A stretch of 64,000 nucleotides of DNA from Anaeramoeba ignava BMAN (lineage: Eukaryota; Protista; Anaeramoebae), in contig JAPDFW010000015.1 in NCBI GenBank assembly GCA_028826165.1, positions 16,399-80,398 of the forward strand, written 5' to 3'. Below the pieces are notes generated by a model. The model made no database searches and was not told the origin of the DNA. It saw only the letters and a program-made list of their open reading frames with translations. Below, in pieces: positions 29,303 through 42,081 of this stretch. Positions within the stretch are counted from its first letter, which is position 1; every line of letters begins with the position of its first letter. The position numbers and the translations under genes were made by a program.

Positions 29303-32095
29303 ATGAAAGGAGAAGAAATTGCAACAATAATAGGAGCAAGTTTAGGATTAATTGGAGCTTTATTAATTATAATAATTTTTCTTTATTTTAAATCAACAAA
29401 GATATTTTATAGAAAATTAGTTTTTATTTTATCAATTTATGATTTATTTCAATCATTAAGCTTTTTATTACCAGGAAATTCAGATCAAAATCTTTGCAAA
29501 ATTCAATATTATTTTCTTGCTATTTTTACAACAACTTCTCAATTTTGGTCTGCAAGTATTTCTGTTATTTCTTATTTAAAAGTTGTTAAACAAATTGATG
29601 ATAAAAAGTTAAATAAAATCCAAAAATGGTCTCATTTAATAATGTTAATTCCAATTATTGTTTTAATTATTATTGCTGCTTATGCTCATGATTATGACGA
29701 TTCAAAAACTTATTGGTATTTTTATTGTTTTAAATTTAATTTTGATTTTAATTTTTATTTTAAATTTGATTTTGGTTTTGATTTTAATTTTAATTTTGAT
29801 TTTAATTTTAATTTTGATTTTGATTTTGATTTTAATTTTGATTTTGATTTTAATATTGATTTTAATTTTAATTTTGATTTTGATTTTGATTTTAATTTTA
29901 ATTTTGATTTTGATTTTGATTTTAATTTTAATTTTTATTTTTGATTTTAATTTTAATTTTAATTTTGATTTTAATTTTGATTTTAATTTTAATTTTGATT
30001 TAGGTGTGCTTCAACAACTCAAATTTATTTAATTGTAAAAGAAATCAAACAAAAATATTTTATTTTTAAATCAAATTATTTTTTATTATTTTAATTTTAA
30101 TTTATTTGAAGCTTGTTTTGTTTTTATATTTTAATTTTCAATTAAGAAAATATTTTAAATCAATTTCAAATAATAGTTCTTTTGATTAACTTTCTCAAAT
30201 AAGAATGAGTTTAATTCCTTTATTTCTAATTTTTAATTTTTAGAGTATAAATATTTAATATTTAATTAAATATAAAATATTTATAAAATATTCAAATATA
30301 AAATATTCAATATATAAAATTTTAAATATTCAATATAAAATATTCAATATATAAATATTCAATATATAATATTCAATATAAAATATTAAATATTCAATAT
30401 TCAATATTCAATATAAAATAAAAATATATAAATATATAAATATAAAATATTCAATATAAAATATTAAATATTCAAATCAATATTCAATATAAAATATTTT
30501 CAATATAAATTATAAATATTCAATATTTATAAATTATTATTTTTTAAAATATTCAATATATATTCAATATAAAAATATTCAATATAAATAGTCAATCGTA
30601 TTCAATATAAATATTCAATATAAAATATTGTTTGGATTTATTTGATATATTCTTGTTTTTATTTTTATTTTTAACAATTTATTCAATTAAGAAAATATTT
30701 AAAATATTTCAAATAAAATATTCTCATCAAAACAAAAGACAAAATTTCAATTAACAATAATCAATATAAAAATATTCAATATTCAATATTCAAAAATATA
30801 AATACAAAATAAATATTGTAGTATAAAAAAAATTAAAATATTCAATATAAATATTCAATATTAAAATATTCAATATATAAATATTCGGTATAAAATATTC
30901 AATATAAAATATAAAAAATATTCTCAATATAAAATATTAAATATTCAATATAAAAATATTCAATATAAAAATATTCAATATTTATAAAATATTCAATATT
31001 AAATATTCAAAAAAATATAAATAGTTTAAATATTCAAAATATAAATATTTCAAAATAAATATTCAGTATAAAATATAAATATTCAATATTCAATATTCAA
31101 TATAAAATATTAAATAATATAAAATATTCAATATATAATAATATTCAATATAAAATATTCAAAATATAAAAAAATATTTAAAATATTATAAATATTCAAT
31201 ATTAAAATATTTCAATATTCAATATAAAATATTCAATAATATAAATATATTCAATGATTCAATATTCAATATTAAATATTAAAATATTCAATATTCAATA
31301 TATAAAATATTAAAATAAATATTAATATATAAATATTCAATATAAAATATATTAAATATTCAATATTCAATAAAATATTCAATATAAAATATTCAATAAA
31401 ATATTCAATATAAAAATATTCAATATAAAATATTCAATATAAAATATAAATAATCAATATTAAATATTCAATATATAAATATATAAAATATAAAATATTC
31501 AAAAATATATAAATATAAAATATTCAATATAAATATTCAATATAAAATATAAATATTCAATATAAAATATTCAATATAAAATATAAATATTCAATATAAA
31601 ATATTCAATATAAAATATTCAATATAAAATATAAATAGTCAATATTAAATATAAATATTCAATATAAAATATTCAATATTCAATATTCAATATTCAATAT
31701 TCAATATAAAATATAAAATATTCAATATAAAATATAAATATTCAAAATAAATATTCAATATAAAATAATAGAGATTAAGAAATATAATCAGCCCATCTGC
31801 TTCTGATATTATTGCAATTGATATCCTTCATTCATTACTTGCTTCTTCTCAAGGTTTTTGGGATTTTTGGATTTTTGTAGTTTTTGATCCAGAAATGAGA
31901 AATAAAATAAAAGGTTGTTGTTGTTGTTGTTCAAATTTATTCCATTTACAAGAAAATGAACTTTCAGATATTTCAGCTTTTGAAAAACTTCCAAATCAAG
32001 AAAATGATCTATTTTTGAGTGAAAATCCAAAATCCAAATCAAGTGGATTTAGACCTCTTCTTCAAAATTCAAACAAAGAAGAATCTTTGAATTGA
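29303..32095 (+). pseudogene. 7TM GPCR, copy 17; exon 3 scrambled (pseudogene or mis-assembly)
   Basis: Exons 29303-29715, 30004-30034 and 31772-32095 are intact. Exon 3 survives only as fragments at about 30105-30244 and 30630-30760, embedded in an (AATATTC/AAATAT) repeat. Confidence 0.65.
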
Positions 32096-32331
32096 AAATT
32101 TTAATTTCAAGAATATTTGTAATTTTAAAAACAAACAAAAAACTAATTTTTGGATTAAAAAGGAAAAGTGGAATAAAAAATTTTTTTTAAATTTAAATTT
32201 GTTTTAATTTTGACTCTTTCAAAAAAAAATTTAAATAAAAAAAAAAGATTTTCAAAAATTTATTTTTCATTTTTTTTTCAATTTGTTTTTCAATTTTTTT
32301 TTCAATTTGTTTTTCAATTTAAAAAATAAAA

Positions 32332-34051
32332 ATGAAAGGAGAAGAAACAGCAACAATAATAGGAGCAAGTTTAGGATTAATTGGAGCTTTATTAATTATA
32401 ATAATATTTCTTTATTTTAAAGAAAACAAAATATTTTATAGAAAATTAGTTTTTATTTTATCAATTTATGATTTATTTCAATCAATAACTTATTTATTAC
32501 CAGGAAATTCAGATCAAAATCTTTGTGAAATTCAATATTATTTACTTGCTATTTCTGCAACAACTTCTCAATTTTGGTCTGCAAGTATTTCTGTTATTTC
32601 TTATTTAAAAGTTGTTAAAGAAATTGATGATAAAAAATTAAATAAAATCCATAAATGGTTTCATTTAATAATGTTAATTCCAATTATTATTTTAATTATT
32701 ATTGCTGCTTATTCACATGATTATAACGATTCAAAAACTTATTGGTATTTTTATTGTTTTAAATTTAATTTTAATTTTGATTTTAATTTTAATTTTAATT
32801 TTAATTTTAATTTTTATTTTAATTTTAATTTTAATTTTAATTTTGATTTTAATTTTAATTTTGATTTTAATTTTGATTTTAATTTTAATTTTAATTTTAA
32901 TTTTAATTTTAATTTTAATTTTAAATTTGATTTTAATTTTGATTTTAATTTTAATTTTAATTTTAATTTTAATTTTAATTTTAATTTTAAATTTGATTTT
33001 TAATTTTAATTTTAATTTTAATTTTGATTTTAATTTAATTTTAATTTTAATTTTAATTTTAATTTTGATTTTAATTTTAATTTTGATTTTAATTTTAAAT
33101 TTGATTTTAATTTTGATTTTGATTTTAATTTTAATTTTGATTTTAATTTGATTTTGGATTTTAATTTTAATTTTAATTTTGATTTTGATTTTAATTTTAA
33201 TTTTAATTTTAATTTTAATTTTAATTTTAATTTTAATTTTAATTTTAATTTTAATTTTAATTTTAATATTAATTTTAATTTTAATTTTAATTTTGAATTT
33301 GATTTTGGTTTTAATTTAGGTGTGCTTCAACAACTCAAATTTATCTTATTGTAAAAGAAAACAAACAAAAAATATTTTCCCAATTATTTTTAAATCAAAT
33401 TATTTTATTATTTTCCTTTGATGCTGATATTTAGTTTATTTATGGCTTTAATTGGATTTATGTTATAAATTGTTTAGTTTTTTATATTTTAACAATTATT
33501 CAATTAAAAAAAGTATTTAAATCAATTTCAAGCGATCATTCTTTTTCTTCATTAACAGCTCAAAAAAATCAACTTTGGATTCAAATAAGAATGAGTTTAA
33601 TTCCATTAATTCAAATTATAATTATGATTCCAGCAACAATTAGAGTATAAATATTCAAAATATAAAATATTCAATATATAAATAATAAATATTCAATATT
33701 CAAAATAATATTCAAAATATAAATATTAGAGATTAAGAAATATAATAGATCCATCTGCTTCTGATATTATTGTAATTGATATCCTTCATTCATTACTTGT
33801 TACTTCTCAAGGTTTTTGGGATTTTTGGATATTTTATTATTTTTGATCCAGAAATGAGAGATAAAATAAAAGGTTGTTGTTGTTCAAATTTAAAACAAAA
33901 ATATTTCCAAGAAAATGAAGTTTCAGATATTTCAACTTATCAAAAATTCCCAAATCAAGAAAAAGATCTTTTTTTAATCAAAAGCTCAAATTTTAAATCA
34001 AGTGAATTTAAACCTCTTCTTCAAAATTCAAACAAAGAAGATCTAAATTGA
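32332..34051 (+). CDS. 7TM GPCR, copy 18 (+1 frameshift in a T run at about 33835)
   Basis: Exons 32332-32744, 33321-33351, 33435-33644, 33730-34051. Confidence 0.75.
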
Positions 34052-34324
34052 AAATTTGCTTTTTTTTTTATTCATTCATTTTTTTATACATTTATTTTTT
34101 TTATACAATTATTTCTATTTTTTAAATTTAGTTTAAAAAAAAAGTGGAAGAAATATTTTTTTTTTGTTCTATCCACTTTTTTTTTGTTATTAATTCCAAA
34201 TTTTCCCAAAAGAATAAAAAAATCTTTTTAAAATAATTTTTTTTCATTTTTTTATTTTAAATTCACTATTTGAATTTTTTTACCAATTCAAATAAAAAAA
34301 TTGAAAAATAAAAATAGATTTCCA

Positions 34325-35521
34325 ATGAAAGGAGAAGATATATCAGCAATAGTTGGATCAAGTTTAGGGGTGATTGGGGCATTAATCATAATAATAATAT
34401 TTCTATATTTCAAAGAATACAGTTTATTTTATAGAAAATTAGTTTTTATTTTATCAATTTATGATTTTTTTCAATCCTTCAGTTATTTATTACCAGGTCA
34501 TTCAAATCAAGTTCTTTGCAAAATTCAATACTATTTACTTGCTGTTTCTGCAACAACTACTTCTTTTTGGTCTGCTGCAATTTCTTTTATTTCTTATTTA
34601 AAAGTTGTTAAAGGTTTTAATGATAAAAAATTGAATAAAATTCATAAATGGTTTCATTTAATAATGTTAATTCCAATTATTGTTTTTGTTTCTATTGTTT
34701 CTGTTACAAGAGATTATGAAAGTTCAAAAACTCATTGGTATTTTAAAATTCATTTATAAAATTCATTTATAAAATTGATTTAATTTTCTTGCAAAAAAAA
34801 TAGGTGTTTTTCAACTGCTGAACCTTTTATAATTGTAAAAATTCAAATGAAAAAAAGAAAATTTTCTTTTGGAATGAATTTTAATTCTTTTATCTTTACA
34901 AATCTTTTTTTTTAGACTGTTTATGCTTTTATTTGGACTTTCATTTTTATTTGCTTAATATTTTATATTTTAACAATGAAATTCTTGAGAAAAATATTTA
35001 AAGTAGTTTCATCAGAATATTCACATCAATCACAAACAAATCAAATGAATCAAGTTTGGGTTCAAATAAGAATGAGTTTGATTCCATTAGTTTATATTAT
35101 TGTTGAAATTCCAGCAACAATTAGAGTAATATTTATTTTGATTTAAAATTACTTATATTTATATTTATACTAATTTTGATTTTTGATTTTAAAGAGATTA
35201 AGAGAAGTGATTAAACCTTCATCTTCTGAAAATTTTACACTTGATGTTTTTCATTCATTACTTGCAACTTCTCAAGGATTTTGGGATTTTTGGATTTTTA
35301 TAGTTTTTGATCCAGAAATGAGAGAAAAATTGAAACATTCTTGTTGTTCAACTTCTCAAAAATATTTTCAAGCAAATCCTGATTTTGATCTTCAAACTTA
35401 TGATACTTCAATTAAGAAAAATCTACTTTCAATAAATGATTCCTTTGAAATTGAATCAAAAAATTCTAAACCTTTATTTGATTTTGGAAATCAAAATCAA
35501 AATCAAAATCATAAAAATTGA
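34325..35521 (+). CDS. 7TM GPCR, copy 19
   Basis: ATG at 34325 (MKGEDIS). Exons 34325-34737, 34804-34834, 34916-35125, 35195-35521. Confidence 0.9.
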
Positions 35522-35765
35522 TTTAATTGAAATTAATTTGTGAATCTTTTAATTAATTAGTTAATTTATTATCAAATGTTTTCAAAAAGAATTAAAAATA
35601 ATTAAAAATAATTAAATAAAGATAAGAAAGAAACAAAAAAAGATTTAAAAATTTATAAAAAAAATGAAAAATCAAAAATCATTTTTCTTGTTTTTTTTTT
35701 ATAATAATTTATTTATTCAAATTTAATTGAAAAAAATTCCAAATAAAAAATAAAATTTATTCAAA

Positions 35766-38700
35766 ATGAAAAAACCACAAGAAATATGCACAATAATTGG
35801 GTCAAGTTTAGGATTTATTGGATCATTATTAATAATAATATTTTATTTATTATTCAATCAATTATATTTTCTTTATCGAAAATTAATATTTATTTTATCA
35901 GTTTATGATCTAATTCAATCAATAAGTTATTTATTACCTGGACATTCAAACAGAATTTTTTGTCGGATTCAATTTGAATTAATTACTGGTTTTGCAACTT
36001 GTGCTCAATTTTGGTCTGCTTCAATTTCTTTTATTTCTTTTCTTAAAGTTGTTAAAGAATTTGATGATAAAAAATTAAATAAAATTCAGAAATTTCTTCA
36101 TGTTGCCATGTGGTTTATTTCTATTACTTTTATTCTTCTTTCTTTTTTTGTTGGAAATCCTGAAGAATCTACTACTTATTGGTAATTTTTTTTCTTTAAT
36201 TGATAATTGAATTTTTTTTTCTTTAATTGAATAATTGATTTTTTTAATAGGTGCATGTCAACAGAAAAACCCATTATAATTGTAAATCTAAATCTAAATC
36301 TAAATATAAATATAAATATATAAATCTAAATATAAATATAAATCTAAATATAAATCTAAATATAAATCTAAATATAAATATAAATATAAATATAAATATA
36401 AATATAAATATAAATATAAATATAAATATAAATATAAATATAAATATAAATATATAAATATAAATATAAATATAAATATAAATATAAATATAAATATAAA
36501 TATAAATATAAATCTAAATATAAATCTAAATATAAATATAAATATAAATCTAAATATAAATATAAATATAAATATCATTACAAAATATAAATATAAATCT
36601 AAATCTAAATCTAAATATAAATATAAATCTAAAATCTAAATCTAAATCTAAAAATATAAATATAAATATAAATCTAAATCTAAATATAAATCTAAATATA
36701 AATATAAATATAAATATAAATATAAATATAAATCTAAATCTAAATCTAAATATAAATATAAATATAAAATATAAATCTAAATATAAATATAAATCTAAAT
36801 CTAAATATAAATATAAATATAAATATAAATATAAATCTAAATATAAATATAAATATAAATATAAATATAAATCTAAATCTAAATATAAAAATATAAATAT
36901 AAATATAAATATAAATCTAAATATAAATATAAATATAAATATAAATATAAATATAAATATAAATATAAATATAAATATAAATATAAATCTAAATCTAATT
37001 ATAAATATAAAATATAAATATAAATATAAATCTAAATATAAATATAAATCTAAATCTAAATATAAATATAAATATAAATCTAAATATAAATATAAATATA
37101 AATATAAATATAAATATAAATCTAAATATAAAAATCTAAATATAAATATAAATATAAATATAAATCTAAATCTAAATCTAAATCTAAATCTAAATCTAAA
37201 TCTAAATCTAAAAATAAAAACATAAATATAAAATATAAATATAAATATAAATATAAATATAAATATAAATATAAAATATAAATATAAATATAAAATAAAT
37301 CTAAATATAAAATATAATCTAAATCTAAATCTAAATATAAATCTAAATATAAATATAAATCTAAATCATAAATCTAAATCTAAATCACAAATAAATCTCA
37401 AATCTAAATCATCAAATATAAATATAAATATAAATCTAAATCAAAAATATAAATATAAATATAAATATAAATATAAATATAAATATAAATATAAAATAAA
37501 TATAAATATAAATATAAATCTAAAAAATATAAATATAAATCTAAATATAAATATAAATATAAATATAAATCTAAAATAAAAAATCTAAATATAAATATAA
37601 ATATAAATATAAATATAAATATAAATATAAATGAAAATATAAATATAAATATAAATATAAATATAAATATAAATATAAATATAAATATAAATATAAATAT
37701 TTAAAATATAAATCTAAATCTCAAATCTAAATCTAAATCTAAATATAAATCTAAATATAAATATAAATATAAATATAAATATAAATATAATATAAATATA
37801 AATATAAATATAAATATAAATATAAATATAAATATAAATAATCTAAATATAAATATAAATATAAATATAAATATAAATATAAATATAAATATAAATATAA
37901 ATATAAATATAAATCTAAATATAAATCTAAATATAAATATAAATATAAATCTAAATCTAAATCTAAATCTAAATATAAATATAAATATAAATATAAATAT
38001 AAAATATAAATATAAATATAAATCTAAATATAAATCTAAATATAAATATAAATATAAATATAAATATAAATATAAATATAAATATAAATATAAATATAAA
38101 TATAAATATAAATATAAATTGAAATATAAATATAAATATAATTAAATATAAATCTAAATTATAAAATTAAATAAAATATAAATATAAATCTAAAATATAA
38201 ATATAAATATAAATATAAATATAAATATAAATATAAATATAAATATAAATTAAATATAAATATAAATATAAATATAAATATAAATATAAATATAAATATA
38301 AATATAAATATAAATATAAATCTAAATATAAATCTAAATATAAATCTAAATATAAATATAAATATAAATATAAATATAAATATAAATATAAATCTAAATA
38401 TAAATATAAATATAATTACAAATATAAATTAAATTATAAATATAAATATAAATATAAATATAAATATAAATATAAATATAAATATAAATATAAATATAAA
38501 TATAAATATAAATATAAATATAAATCTAAATATAAATCTAAATATAAATATTAATATTTGAAATTGTTTTATTTTTAGCCTCTTTATTCAGTAAATTGGG
38601 TTTATATTATCGCTTGCTTCATTTTTTATATTTTTACTATTATTAAAATTAGAAAAATTATAAAATTAAATTCTCAAGGAAATTATGGACCAAAAACAAG

Positions 38701-40235
38701 TCAAATGAGTCAAGTTTGGATTCAATTTAGATTAAGTTTAATTCCTTTAATTTATATTTTAATTTTTATTCCAGCAACAATTAGAGTACAAATCAAAACC
38801 ATTCCTTTTAAGGAAATAAATTAAATCAAATAAATTGAATTGAAATAAATTAAAATTGGATTGAATTGAATTGAATTGAATTAAATAAAATTGAATAAAT
38901 TAAATAAATTGAATTGAATTGAATTGAATTAAATAAAATTGAATTGAATAAATTGATTTAAATTGAATTGAATTGAATTGATTTGAATTAAATTAAATAA
39001 ATTAAATTGAATTGAATTAAATTGAATTAATTGATTTAAATTGAATTAAATTGAATTAATTGAATTAAATTGAATTAATTGATTTAAATTAAATTGAATT
39101 AAATTGAATTGAATTGAATTAAATTAAATTGAATAAATTGAATTGAATAAATTGAATTGAATAAATTAAATTAAATTAAATTAAATTAAATTAAATTAAA
39201 TAAATTGAATAAATTGAATTGAATTAAATAAATTAAATTAAATTAAATTAAATTGAATTGAATTAAATTGAATAAATTAATTGAATTAAATTGAATTAAA
39301 TTGAATTGAATTAAATTAAATAAATTAATTGAATTAAATTGAATTGAAATTGGATTGAATTGAATTGAATTGAATTGAATAAATTAAATTAAATTAATTG
39401 AATAAATTAAATTAAATTAATTGAATAAATTAAATTGAATTAAATTAAATTAAATTGGATTGAATTAAATTAAATAAATTGAATTGAATTGATTTGATTT
39501 GAATTGAATTAAATTGAATTAAATTAAATTGAATTGAATTGAATTGAATTAAATTGAATTAAATAAATTAAATTGAATTGAATTGAATTAAATAAATTGA
39601 ATTAAATTAAATTGAATTGAATTAAATTGAATTAAATTAAATTGAATTAATTGATTTGATTTGAATTAAATTAAATTAAATTAAATAAATTGAATTAAAT
39701 TAAAATAAATTAAATAAATTAAATAAATAAATAAATTGAATTAAATGAATTGAATTGGATTGAATTGAATTGAATTGAATAAATTAAATTGAATTGAATA
39801 AATTAAATTGAATTGAATTGAATTAAATTGAATTGAATTGAATTAAATTAAATTAAATTAATTAAATTGAATTGATTAAATCAATTAAATTGAATAAATT
39901 TATTTATATTGATTTGATATTTTTAGAGGATTAGAACTTTGATAAATCCATCAGCAAATGATATCTTTTCTGTTGATATTATTCATTCCTTATTCGCTTC
40001 AACTCAAGGTTTTTGGGATTTTTGGATATTTGTTGTTTTTGATTTAGAAATGAGGAAAAAAATTGGAAATTGTTTTTCTTGTTATTCAAAAAATAGACAA
40101 AATGCAGCTCAATTAGATATTGAAGATTATAAAAATTTAAGAAATGAAACTTTTACTTTTTCAAAAGATCTTCTTAATTCAAAAGAAAGTGAAAGAAAAT
40201 CTTTAATCCAAAATGATGAATTAGAAAAAAATTAA
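35766..40235 (+). CDS. 7TM GPCR, copy 20 (divergent; microsatellite-expanded introns)
   Basis: Exons 35766-36181, 36251-36281, 38579-38785, 39927-40235. Confidence 0.88.
36282..38550. repeat. (AAATAT/AAATCT)n intronic microsatellite, about 2.3 kb
   Basis: Hexamer periodicity throughout intron 2 of copy 20. Confidence 0.95.
38815..39900. repeat. (AATTG/AATTA)n intronic microsatellite
   Basis: Pentamer periodicity in intron 3 of copy 20. Confidence 0.9.
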
Positions 40236-40386
40236 TTTTTTATGTTTTTTGTTTTTTTTTTTTTGAATAAAAAAGAGAAAAAGGAAAATTCATTTTTTTC
40301 TTTTAAATTAAAAATTTTGAAATTAAATTTTGAAATTAAAAAAAATAAAATTTTTCTTGATAAGAAATTTTGAATAAAAATAAAAA

Positions 40387-41949
40387 ATGATAAAATCGGA
40401 AGAAATATCAACAATAATTGGAGCAAGTTTAGGAATTATGGGATCTTTATTAATTATAATATTATATATATATTTTAAAGAATGGAAAATATTTTATCGA
40501 AAACTAGTTTTAATTTTGTCAATTTATGATTTCTTTCTATCATTAATATTTATATTGCCAGGTTCAAAATATTCTTTTGTTTGTTCAATTCAATTTTATT
40601 TATTATCTGCTTTTATTACAACTTGTCAATTTTGGTCAGCTTCAATTGCTGTTTTATCTTATTTGAAAATTGCAAATCTTTTTACTGATTCGAAACTTAA
40701 TAAAATTCATTTATGGCTTCATTTAATAATGTGGATCATTAATTTTGATTTAATTTTGTTCATTTTTTTACTTCCAAAATCGGAAAAATCTGATACTTAT
40801 TGGTATTTTTTTTGATTTTTAGTAAAAATAATTTCATGTTATTTTTTTCTTATTTATTTTGTTTTCTTATTAAAGGTGTACTTCTACAACAAATTCTTGG
40901 TTAATTGTAAACCAATTTAAAATCAAAATTAAAATTCACTTTGAAAATTAAAATCCAAAATTAAAATTCATTTGAAAATTGAATTTAAAATCAAAATTCA
41001 TTTTAAAATCAAAATTCATTTTAAAATTAAAATCCAAAATTAAAATCAAAATCAAAATTAAAATGAAAATTTTCAAATTTAAAATTTAAAATCAAAATCA
41101 AAATTTTAAAATTAAAATTAAAATTAAAATCCAAAATTAAAATTCATTTGAAAATTGAATTTAAAATCAAAATCAAAATCAAAATTCAAAATTAAAATCA
41201 AAATCAAAATTAAAATTTCAAAATCAAAATTAAATTCAAAATCAAAATCAAAATCAAAATCAAAATTCATTTTAAAATCAAAATCAAAATTCATTTTAAA
41301 ATGAAAATCAAAATCAAAATTAAAATCAAAATCAAAATTCATTTCAAAATCAAAATTCAAAATTAAAATTCTTTTTCATCTTTTCTTATTAGACAATTTA
41401 TACTTTCATCATTTTTTATATCGTTATTTGCTTAATCTTTTCCATTTTATCAATAATCAAATTAAATAAATCAAACAAAGAAAGTTCAAAAGGAAATTAT
41501 TTACAAAGAATTGGAGAAGAAAATCAAGTTTTCTTTCAAAAAAGAATGACTTTACTTCCAATAGTTGGAATTATAATTTTTATTCCAGGATTAATTAGGG
41601 TAAGAAATTAAAAAATGAAGAATTTTTTTTTTTTTGGATTGGCAAAAAAAAGTGGAATTTTTTTTTTTAAATTTATTAAAAATAGAGATTAAGAGAAATA
41701 ATTAATCCTTCTGCTTCTGATATTCTTACTCTTCATATTTTACATTCTTTACTTGTTTCAACTCAAGGTTTTTGGGATTTTTTGATTTTTGTAATTCTTG
41801 ATCCAGAAATGAGGAAAAAAATGAAAAGTTGTTGTTCAAAACAAAAAAAAGAAATGGCTAAGACTTCAAGTTACAAGACAATTGAAAAACATGTTGTTAA
41901 TCAAATTGGAGAAGATTTTTCCGATCAAGAAAATCAAAAATTGATTTAA
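40387..41949 (+). CDS. 7TM GPCR, copy 21 (most divergent, last in array)
   Basis: Exons 40387-40802, 40876-40906, 41393-41599, 41686-41949. Confidence 0.88.
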
Positions 41950-42081
41950 TTGTGTTTTTTTTTGCTTTTTTTTTTTGGATCTAAAATAATAAAATAAAAA
42001 AGGAAAAAAAGGAAAAAAAATAAAAATTATTTTTTTTTTTTTGGAAATTCATTTTTTTTGTTTTTGAATTGAAAAAAGAGA

